Source of the DNA: a virus
Strand: one strand, 5' to 3'
DNA length: 64,000 nt
Virus record (IMG/VR): IMGVR_UViG_3300022602_000031
Location: 1-64,000 of that record
Position 1 is the stretch's first letter; each line of letters starts with the position of its first letter. Below, piece by piece: positions 10,387-18,408 of the stretch. A model generated the notes under the pieces. That model was not told where the DNA came from. It did not search any database and saw only the letters and a program-made list of their open reading frames with translations. The position numbers were made by a program, and so were the translations under genes.

Positions 10387-11743
10387 CCCAAAATTCTTTC
10401 ATTTCAGGAAAGGTTGCTAAAAAATCAGTTTGTCGACGAGTATCGTGAGCATTAAAGAAACGATAAAAGTCAGCTCGTTGTAGTTTAACATATTTTGGAT
10501 CTAAATTACAACCTTCTCGCATCCAATCTATATCACGACGCATACGTTGTACTTCGTAGTCTTTGAATCCGTGGAATGGATCGTCTGGTGTTTCTAAATT
10601 AAGTTCCATCCAGTCAGCTACACGTTCTAATACACCCGCATACACAGGTGGCAATATTTGTAGACTTTGCCAGGTCGGTGTGCGTAGTAGCGGAGTATCA
10701 AACCAAACACGTTGATATGTAGTGCTGTACTTTTTACGTAATTCAAGAATCCAATTTAATTGTCGTTGTAGTCCGAGTACACTTAGATTATTCATAGTAA
10801 TAATAAATGTAAGACTATTACGGTGCGGAATTTCTGTTAAGAATCTATTGACATTCTCGTGTAGTCGATTCATATTGAGTCCGTGCCGTATATACTCAGC
10901 GTGTCGTATGTCGCCAGAGTCTACACTAACATACTGCATAAAATGTTCAATTTGTGTAGAACATAATTGTTTTACATAGTCAAGATACTTGTTCATTAAG
11001 TTATCTTCTACACTAAAGTTACTGGTAACATTCAAATGTAATTCTGGATTAGGTAGTGCTAGTACATAGTCAAATACTCTATAGGTATTCTTGTCCATTA
11101 GTGGCTCACCACCAGTCATACGGAAATGTTTTAGTTGTGGATAAAGGGTTGGCCACCATTCCCAAAATGCATCGACATAAGGATTATCTTGGGAAGCAGG
11201 TATAGGGCGCCGATTGCCAACAAAATGGCGGGGATCATTATGTATCGTACTGGTTGGGTATCCGCCCCATCGATCCACTTCCTCCATCCACTTACTACTA
11301 AACTGAGGGCTACAATAACTACATCGCAGATTACACGCATGGTTGAAGTTAACCTCGACGTACGACGGAATAACATCCGTTTCATTTCCGGTACTTGTTC
11401 TAATTTTATCATAGTCTTCGGCCGCCCATGGCTCTCCCGATCTGTAGTGTCTGTCACTTAGGTTTCCTAAATCCTCTTGTGTCCAGCAATAACTACATTC
11501 GCCGGGACGTTCATTCTTAAGCATAATAACACGTTGCTGTTTCTTATGCTCGGTGTTGTGTAGTGCGCCAGGATTGTCTTTTAATACACTGGCGTCAATT
11601 GGATGCAATGGTGGATGGTAACAGCTATTATTTAACCCTGTGGCTAAATGTAGGCTAACCTGTTTCCACTTAGCCAAACATAAAGCAGTTCCTAGTTTTT
11701 CTTGCATCTGCTCTGCGGCAGACATAAAGTCTGATTTACTCAC
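10358..11743 (-). CDS. Radical SAM protein (paralogue of 9022..10386)
   Basis: CNLRCSYC and TGGEP; N-terminal CLAKW..G..NSCYHP..CSYCW. Confidence 0.92.
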   Translation of the reverse strand: MSKSDFMSAAEQMQEKLGTALCLAKWKQVSLHLATGLNNSCYHPPLHPIDASVLKDNPGALHNTEHKKQQRVIMLKNERPGECSYCWTQEDLGNLSDRHYRSGEPWAAEDYDKIRTSTGNETDVIPSYVEVNFNHACNLRCSYCSPQFSSKWMEEVDRWGGYPTSTIHNDPRHFVGNRRPIPASQDNPYVDAFWEWWPTLYPQLKHFRMTGGEPLMDKNTYRVFDYVLALPNPELHLNVTSNFSVEDNLMNKYLDYVKQLCSTQIEHFMQYVSVDSGDIRHAEYIRHGLNMNRLHENVNRFLTEIPHRNSLTFIITMNNLSVLGLQRQLNWILELRKKYSTTYQRVWFDTPLLRTPTWQSLQILPPVYAGVLERVADWMELNLETPDDPFHGFKDYEVQRMRRDIDWMREGCNLDPKYVKLQRADFYRFFNAHDTRRQTDFLATFPEMKEFWDECRYHAQN

Positions 11744-12629
11744 GAACCATCGGCCCTTGATTTTTAAATGTTGATTTATAATGATGTTTGAAGAATCTGC
11801 TTTCTTCTGGATCCATATCTACTATAGATAAACTTAAACGCTTACGTAGTATATCACCAACGCTACGGCATTCATCTGCGCCATCTTTACTAAAACTTTC
11901 CCATAGTCTAGCCAGCACATCAAAATCTTGTACGTCTCGATAGTTCCAACCTTCTATCATAGTCATAAACGTACCAAGACGTGCTCCATATATTGCCCAA
12001 AAGCCGTTGTCGGCATCTGCGCCTACACTTTGCCATATACAAAGATTATCATAGTTACGATTGTTTACACGCGATTCAAATTCTGTCATATTAGGAAGAC
12101 TGCCGCGATCTAAACACATCTTAACACCTTCACGGAACCCGGCACGCCAGGCCTGAAATGGAGTAGCATTAGGATATGTTACACTATAGCAATCAGCCAT
12201 TGCCCAGTAGTTAGGATAAAAACAAAACTCTACATCATTTTCTGCCGTACCATCTGAGTTTTCGTGTGTACGCATACTGTAGATAAAATCTCTAGTCCAA
12301 CAGCTAAGTCCGCCGTTGCCATACATCAGTCCGTTAATAGCGTTGCGAGCCCGCCAGCGAAATACGCAATCGCGATTGGTATTGTCAAGAACCAATTGCA
12401 GGTTGAAAAAATTACTATCTGGAATGTTATCGCCATCAATAAGCACAAACCGGTCTGTATCACTAGCATCGGCAGCCGCTTTGTGAGCGGCATCACTACC
12501 TTTAACTCCATCGACTCGTTTGGCCCAGGGCACCATGTTTTGGATCTGTATCCAGTGTTCTTCTTTTTTAGGTTCATCGTATGTTAAGTATATACAATCT
12601 AAATCTGCTACGTCAATTAATTCGTTCAT
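11736..12629 (-). CDS. GT-A-fold glycosyltransferase-like protein
   Basis: Hydrophobic strand followed by DGD (FVLIDGDN), then NGLMYGNGG; located in a glycosyltransferase cluster. Confidence 0.5.
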   Translation of the reverse strand: MNELIDVADLDCIYLTYDEPKKEEHWIQIQNMVPWAKRVDGVKGSDAAHKAAADASDTDRFVLIDGDNIPDSNFFNLQLVLDNTNRDCVFRWRARNAINGLMYGNGGLSCWTRDFIYSMRTHENSDGTAENDVEFCFYPNYWAMADCYSVTYPNATPFQAWRAGFREGVKMCLDRGSLPNMTEFESRVNNRNYDNLCIWQSVGADADNGFWAIYGARLGTFMTMIEGWNYRDVQDFDVLARLWESFSKDGADECRSVGDILRKRLSLSIVDMDPEESRFFKHHYKSTFKNQGPMVRE

Positions 12630-12963
12630 AATATTCTATATCTTGGTATTCATCGCCAGACTCTAGTATAATGCCGGCATGATTTTTTACAACTGCTAGT
12701 CCTTGTGTAGACTTGCGTAATTTTACTCGGTACTGTGCGTCAGATTCAAACTTTTTTAATTTTCCATCTACTACAGTATATCGAAAATAATTATCGTACG
12801 TTTCTTTATCAACCACAATATAAGATCCAATTATAGCAGGATCTTCTATCATTGTACAGGCCGTAATGTTGCCATCCTCATTATAGTAAAGCCTATATTC
12901 AATCGCAGGTGGCCGAATTGGTTCCAATAACCGTTCGATTTCAAGTTCAAATTCTTGATTCAT
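12613..12963 (-). CDS. Hypothetical protein, 116 aa
   Basis: ORF overlapping both neighbours. Confidence 0.65.
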   Translation of the reverse strand: MNQEFELEIERLLEPIRPPAIEYRLYYNEDGNITACTMIEDPAIIGSYIVVDKETYDNYFRYTVVDGKLKKFESDAQYRVKLRKSTQGLAVVKNHAGIILESGDEYQDIEYYERIN

Positions 12964-13798
12964 AGTACTCGATTAATTCTTTAGTAGCAAAATTTTTATC
13001 ATAGTAGTGTACTGGGCTTAACTGATTTAAATTGTTTATGCGAATAACATCACCTTCTTGTTCATATAAAACTGTATCCACCCAACTACGAGCATCTAAC
13101 CACCCATTGAATTCTGATTTCATATGTACAAAATTAATAAAATCCATCCCGGGCATTGTACAGGTTTCAACTCCCACTATCATTGCGGCCAGCGCATACA
13201 GTACATCAGTGCTGGGATTATCTTCTCTACAGTTTACTAAGATTTCATTTTTTATATGATGCCAGTTACGGTGTAATACTTCGGCTACTTTAAAAAAGTT
13301 AGCGCCATCACGACTGTATCTAAAATACATCAGTCCGTTATATACGTCTGGCAATTCATTGTCGTCAAACACACGCCGATATTTTCTTACACCGGATATT
13401 AAATCTCTATAGTTTCTAGCGTGTGTGCTTAAACATAAATCTTTTAATCTAAAGGCTGTCCACCAATGGTCAATACTGCGAGTAAACAGTAAGTCACTTT
13501 CTAATTTAATAGTTTCTTTAAACGGTGTGAGATTAAAAACCTGATATTCATTGCCCAGCTTCCAATTAGAGGAAGCATTATTATTGTCATAGGGAACACG
13601 AATAATATAATCAAAAACACGACGATGGCTATCATTAATTTTCTCCTCAGTTGCTGTGTCAACAATTACTGCGTATTGGTTATTCTTTTGTGTTGCTTTA
13701 ACATTAAGAGCCTGCAGATATGCCAGCTCCAAATAATCTACTGTGTCTGTGTTTTGTGCGAAAGTAACAAAACCCTGTTGTTCTTTATGTTGGCTCAA
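12947..13798 (-). CDS. GT8-like glycosyltransferase
   Basis: TPFKETIKLESD (DxD-like), YNGLMYF and STDVLYALA; paralogue of the next gene. Confidence 0.6.
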   Translation of the reverse strand: MSQHKEQQGFVTFAQNTDTVDYLELAYLQALNVKATQKNNQYAVIVDTATEEKINDSHRRVFDYIIRVPYDNNNASSNWKLGNEYQVFNLTPFKETIKLESDLLFTRSIDHWWTAFRLKDLCLSTHARNYRDLISGVRKYRRVFDDNELPDVYNGLMYFRYSRDGANFFKVAEVLHRNWHHIKNEILVNCREDNPSTDVLYALAAMIVGVETCTMPGMDFINFVHMKSEFNGWLDARSWVDTVLYEQEGDVIRINNLNQLSPVHYYDKNFATKELIEYYESRI

Positions 13799-14603
13799 CT
13801 ATTGCCTCCACTACCTGTCGAAAGTTATCACTTTGTAAATACTCTTTGTCGATTACGTGTATATTCATACGTGGTACTACTGTAGCTGATTTATCGTAAT
13901 AGATTCTAACCTGAGTAGCAGTCGTTACAATACGTTCTATCTTTTGATCTGCTGTGTACATAGGCCACGGAATACTCTGTGATTCATTTAAGTTGTATCC
14001 ACTGAGAATATTGTTAGCAATAGCAAATGCGTAGTCATTGCGATAATTGCCTTCACGTATATTATATAATTCTCTATAGTAGTGATAATTACGTTGTATC
14101 TTTCCTACTAGATTAAACAACATTTGACTGCGTTCAGTTTTTTTAAATACAACTACTGTAGCCCATACAAATGGTAAACTAGTTTCGCCCATTTCTTCAT
14201 AGGCCGGCCCAATGTCTGTGGTGTTGTGATGCATTAATCTATAGTCTTGAACTGTGTCTGCTATTTTTAATAGACTATTGTCTAACATTAGATAGTCAAC
14301 ATCAAGCAATATAGTTGTGTCGTATGGACTTAGTTCATAGGCATTGTATCTTCCCCGATTGCGCCAGGCTATTTCTTTACCATCGTTGATTCTAAAAGTC
14401 GCACGTTCAGGATTGATACGAATTATTTGATCATAGGCAAACGTGGGCGTAGTAGTATCATCTGTTACTAAGGTAATTGGTAATTGGAGATTGTGTGCAG
14501 CCAAACGACTTGTTAGGTCAGCTATAGACACGTAGTCTACCTGCGTATTGAAGGCAAATATAATGATGCCTTTAGATTTTGCGGAGACGTTTGAGTTCGC
14601 CAT
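13785..14603 (-). CDS. GT8-like glycosyltransferase
   Basis: SPYDTTILLDVDY (DxD), WATVVVF and YRNDYAF. Confidence 0.62.
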   Translation of the reverse strand: MANSNVSAKSKGIIIFAFNTQVDYVSIADLTSRLAAHNLQLPITLVTDDTTTPTFAYDQIIRINPERATFRINDGKEIAWRNRGRYNAYELSPYDTTILLDVDYLMLDNSLLKIADTVQDYRLMHHNTTDIGPAYEEMGETSLPFVWATVVVFKKTERSQMLFNLVGKIQRNYHYYRELYNIREGNYRNDYAFAIANNILSGYNLNESQSIPWPMYTADQKIERIVTTATQVRIYYDKSATVVPRMNIHVIDKEYLQSDNFRQVVEAIVEPT

Positions 14604-14892
14604 GTTCTTGATGCCAACGATTCATTACTTGTTGATAATGTTCTTTACATTGTGTTGCAAAGAATTCTGGATCTATAATATGTATAGGGTTTTGGTATGT
14701 GTCTTCTAGATAAAGTGGCTCGTGTTTTGGCCAACTTGAACTGAACATTAATAACTCTGGAGTAACTTTAAACAGGCCACCATTATAAGCAAAATGCAAA
14801 TCTGTTTGGATTTTTTCACGCAAGATGCGTTTGTTAATTTGGTAATCAGTTGCCCGACGTATTTCGGCAGTGAGTTGTTCGATTTCGCTCAT
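14572..14892 (-). CDS. Hypothetical protein, 106 aa (possibly tail-assembly/DUF4376-like)
   Basis: ORF at the head of the modification cluster; the family guess is a weak by-eye resemblance. Confidence 0.45.
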   Translation of the reverse strand: MSEIEQLTAEIRRATDYQINKRILREKIQTDLHFAYNGGLFKVTPELLMFSSSWPKHEPLYLEDTYQNPIHIIDPEFFATQCKEHYQQVMNRWHQEHGELKRLRKI

Positions 14893-14902
14893 AATAGAAT
14901 AT

Positions 14903-14935
14903 AGGTGTAGACAGCTAGTATACTAGTCTACACCT
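14903..14935 (-). terminator. Stem-loop between the structural and modification gene blocks
   Basis: Inverted repeat aggtgtagac..gtctacacct with inner ctag-tata-ctag, in the only sizeable intergenic gap; no strong U tract, so it may attenuate or be a processing site. Confidence 0.45.
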
Positions 14936-14955
14936 GGAATGTCAACTACTTTGGA

Positions 14956-15975
14956 TTAAGAGATTGTTACAGTACCCCAAGTATTACTTAGGTTTGTAGT
15001 TTCTGGATAAACAATATCAACGCGATGATTGATAGTGATGTTAGTACTATCGTTAAAGTACCAATAGTTGCTGTAGTTTACACCACCGGTTTCTTTTTGT
15101 GAACCTTGTGAACCTTGTGGGTTACTGGTTGTGTAGTCACCGTCGGCACGTGTAGCAGATACATAGGTAAAGGTAAAGTACAGTACGCTTCCGCGGTCTT
15201 GGTTTAGACCCTGTGTACCATTGCTGGATACCTGTAGAGTACAATAGTCTCCAGAGTATGTGCTGTTGGTACTAGTAATTTGTGATAGTGTTTGTGGACT
15301 AGTAGTCATTTCGTAATAGCCAACGTTGGTAGTATTGGTATTAACTGTGCCACCGCTACCTTGACGTCCTGCATTGGTATGTGCTCGAAATGTTGTAAAG
15401 CTACCAAAGTTTGTACCAATTAGAGTTACTAAGTCGCCTGAACGGCTTGTACCGTCACCGTTTGATACTGAGGTGATAACAAAGTTAATCTGGCCGCCGG
15501 CATTAAAGAAATAACGAGCCTGATCAGCAGAAGCAAATGTTATAGTACGAGTAAATGAGTCTGAATATTGAGTTGGAGCATTGCCGTGTACATAGTTTGG
15601 GCTGTAGGTGCTACCTGTAGTTGTTGTACCTTGGGTACTATTAAACAACAAACGATTGTTCCAGGCAGTAGTCAAACTGCTTTGTAATGTGCTTAGATAG
15701 TTAATAGTCTGACCAGATGTAACAGCACTAATACCAGATCCACTACCGCCTTGGTGTGTGTAAACTGAATTTAATGTATTAATCAATTGTGCCCATTGTG
15801 TAGCAGTAACAGTACCGGTTTGACTAACTGTAGGAATTAAAGTTTGACCGTAACCGTTATCATACTGTCCGCCAGCCCAGATAGCATTAAGAGTATTTGC
15901 TGCCGTGCTATTCTGAACGTCGACTAGTGTGTTATAGTCGCTTGCCTGAATTAGGCCTAATTGTTGGTACGCCAT
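14956..15975 (-). CDS. Virion structural protein (Ser/Thr/Asn-rich, tail-fibre associated)
   Basis: 339 aa with beta-rich composition, in the fibre cluster. Confidence 0.6.
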   Translation of the reverse strand: MAYQQLGLIQASDYNTLVDVQNSTAANTLNAIWAGGQYDNGYGQTLIPTVSQTGTVTATQWAQLINTLNSVYTHQGGSGSGISAVTSGQTINYLSTLQSSLTTAWNNRLLFNSTQGTTTTGSTYSPNYVHGNAPTQYSDSFTRTITFASADQARYFFNAGGQINFVITSVSNGDGTSRSGDLVTLIGTNFGSFTTFRAHTNAGRQGSGGTVNTNTTNVGYYEMTTSPQTLSQITSTNSTYSGDYCTLQVSSNGTQGLNQDRGSVLYFTFTYVSATRADGDYTTSNPQGSQGSQKETGGVNYSNYWYFNDSTNITINHRVDIVYPETTNLSNTWGTVTIS

Positions 15976-15987
15976 ATTTCTTATTTC

Positions 15988-17835
15988 CTATGAATTTATC
16001 TTTACAATAGCTTCAATTGTACATTCTTCTTCGCTATGCTTGTCAACCAAACTGCGTCCAATGACATTGAATGCTGTAATTTCTGATGTTTTTCCTGCTC
16101 TTGCACGACCTTGCCCGGCACTGACCAAACGATCGCCTTTGGCAACAAACCCAATTACTCTAACTGGAACACGTCCGCTCATTGCTACAGGTGGGTGAGT
16201 TAAATTGTCGCCAGCCCCAGAATTCATCAAATAGGCTGCATTAGTACTTATGACACCAAAAACTTTATCACTTAATTCCTCAACCACTTGAGTAATTTCG
16301 TATAGTCCGCCCATTTCTACAACGGTACCTGGAGCATACTCTGCGTCTGCATGGAAGCGTTCTGCCAAGTCGGCGTATTGTGCGTGAATAGCAGTACCGT
16401 AAATGTTGTTGAACCAATTTGACACACTACCTAGGTTACTTGCTAAGTTAGCACTTGGTGTAACGTTACCAGTTACCACAGTATTGAATACTGTTAGTGT
16501 AGCTGTGTTGTTTAAGAATAGATTTGATGTAACGTTTACGTTTGCGGCATTAACAGTAGGAGATGTAGTAATCGATCTTGATACTAGATTGCCGGCCGCA
16601 ACGTTTGATACTACACTTAAATTAGCGCCAGCGGTAATATTACCAGATGTAATTACCTGGTTAACGATAGCGGCATTGGCATACATACCGTTCCAGAACG
16701 CTGTACTAGAACCTAGGTTAATAACTGCGTTTGATGCCGGAATAATACCAGGACTGACACCAGTTGCTCCAACTGTTACTGTTGTAAATGTTGCTGAACT
16801 TGGTGTGTTAAAACCAATTACTGTGCTGTCTAGGTAACCAAACGTGATACTTGCGTTAGCACCAGTGGTTGCAATTTCTGCGCCATTGTAGTAGGCTCTT
16901 CCATACAAATTGGTTGTACCGTTTGTGCTTAAATTGTAAATGTTACCAAGTTGTGTAATATTTTGTTGTGCGGAAGTTAATAGTGTTCCGTTAAATCCAG
17001 TGCTGGTTGTAATACCACCTGCGGCTGTAATTGTTGTGGCATTTAGTGTGCCAACTGTGGCCAACGTAGCACTAACGTTACCAGTTAACGAACCAGTGAT
17101 ACCACCAGTTGCTGAAATAGGACCAGTAATAGTTGCTGAACTACCAGCAATAGCGCCTGCTTGTATACCACCGTTGTTGTCACGTAATACTAGGTTACCA
17201 GCAAGAGGAGCAACACTTTGATTGCTTAGACCCATAGCCGGAACGTTTGTACTGTTCCAGTTCATACCGGCAACAATAGTGGTAAATCCAGGAGTAACTG
17301 TACTAAAGTTTTCATACGCAAAAATAGCGTAAACTAAACCTTTAATTCTAAATTGAATAATTGTGTGAACCTGACCTGCTGTGTCAGTTAATAAACTAGG
17401 AACTACACCAGAGTCGCCTGTTGCTGTAGTTGCGGCTGGTCCGATTGTAACAAACTTGCTACCGTCATATACTTTTAACTGTCCGTTTGTGTTATCAAAC
17501 CATAAGTCGCCGCCGCCTTTAGTTAAATCAGATGGGGGTGCACTAGCAGGAGCACTTGTAGCACCTGTTGAAATTTTCCAACTTGAGCCAGTGTATACTT
17601 TTAATACATTATTTGTAGTGTCCCACCATAATTGTCCTGCTAAAGGATTACTTGGACTTTGGCTAAACGCAAAGTTCTCTAATAATTTTACAAAGTTATC
17701 GTTTAAAAACTGGCCATAACCAGCGTAATTTTTACCAATTAAAACTAGGCTGGAATGGGTGGTATCTACTGTACCATCGCTAAGACCGCCTGGGATTAAT
17801 GATGTACCAGAGGTTAGGTTAATTGTGTATGACAT
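15988..17835 (-). CDS. Tail fibre with C-terminal intramolecular chaperone (peptidase G2-like)
   Basis: Shared fibre N-terminal domain (LIGKNYAGYG..NFVKLLENFA); C-terminal AQYADLAE..GTVV..GVIS..GRVPV..KGDRL. Confidence 0.7.
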   Translation of the reverse strand: MSYTINLTSGTSLIPGGLSDGTVDTTHSSLVLIGKNYAGYGQFLNDNFVKLLENFAFSQSPSNPLAGQLWWDTTNNVLKVYTGSSWKISTGATSAPASAPPSDLTKGGGDLWFDNTNGQLKVYDGSKFVTIGPAATTATGDSGVVPSLLTDTAGQVHTIIQFRIKGLVYAIFAYENFSTVTPGFTTIVAGMNWNSTNVPAMGLSNQSVAPLAGNLVLRDNNGGIQAGAIAGSSATITGPISATGGITGSLTGNVSATLATVGTLNATTITAAGGITTSTGFNGTLLTSAQQNITQLGNIYNLSTNGTTNLYGRAYYNGAEIATTGANASITFGYLDSTVIGFNTPSSATFTTVTVGATGVSPGIIPASNAVINLGSSTAFWNGMYANAAIVNQVITSGNITAGANLSVVSNVAAGNLVSRSITTSPTVNAANVNVTSNLFLNNTATLTVFNTVVTGNVTPSANLASNLGSVSNWFNNIYGTAIHAQYADLAERFHADAEYAPGTVVEMGGLYEITQVVEELSDKVFGVISTNAAYLMNSGAGDNLTHPPVAMSGRVPVRVIGFVAKGDRLVSAGQGRARAGKTSEITAFNVIGRSLVDKHSEEECTIEAIVKINS

Positions 17836-18408
17836 TTATAGTCCTTGATTGCTTGTTATATTTATGCCTTTTTTAACAATGCCTACACCATCGTATGTTA
17901 GCCACGATACTATTACTTCCCTGGCTTCTGTGCTAGGGGTTGTATAATGGCTGAACATACCATATGGAGGGAAAATTACTACTTTTCCAGCACGTGTTGT
18001 TACCGTTTGGTTTTGTGCTGGAAAAACCAATTCCCCACCATTGTTAATTGTGCTTAAATGAAGAACCACGCTGGCATAGCGTAATTCATTCACACCTGCT
18101 ACTATTTCGCTATCACTGTGTAGTTCGCATACATCGCCGGGTTCGTACAAGTGATATTCGTATCCTGTGTCGCTGTTACCGCTGTAACTGGGTCTGTAAT
18201 ACTCGCGTACAGTTTGCTTAATTTTACCAAAAATTTTGCTGAGTTGGTTGTTAACTTCAGCTAACTCTGGGATTTTACTAATTGTTACAGTAACACCCTG
18301 TCTATGATACTCGTTTGCTTCACCGTAAATGCTTTTAGATTCACGTAATTTGCCGCTTAAATAATTTACAATATCTGGACTAACAAAATTGTCCAACTCT
18401 ATAATCAT
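17836..18408 (-). CDS. 2OG-Fe(II) dioxygenase (prolyl-4-hydroxylase-like)
   Basis: HSD...H facial triad, GGELVFP and terminal R (REVIVSW); start placed at the TAATG overlap at 18406-18410. Confidence 0.85.
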   Translation of the reverse strand: MIIELDNFVSPDIVNYLSGKLRESKSIYGEANEYHRQGVTVTISKIPELAEVNNQLSKIFGKIKQTVREYYRPSYSGNSDTGYEYHLYEPGDVCELHSDSEIVAGVNELRYASVVLHLSTINNGGELVFPAQNQTVTTRAGKVVIFPPYGMFSHYTTPSTEAREVIVSWLTYDGVGIVKKGINITSNQGL

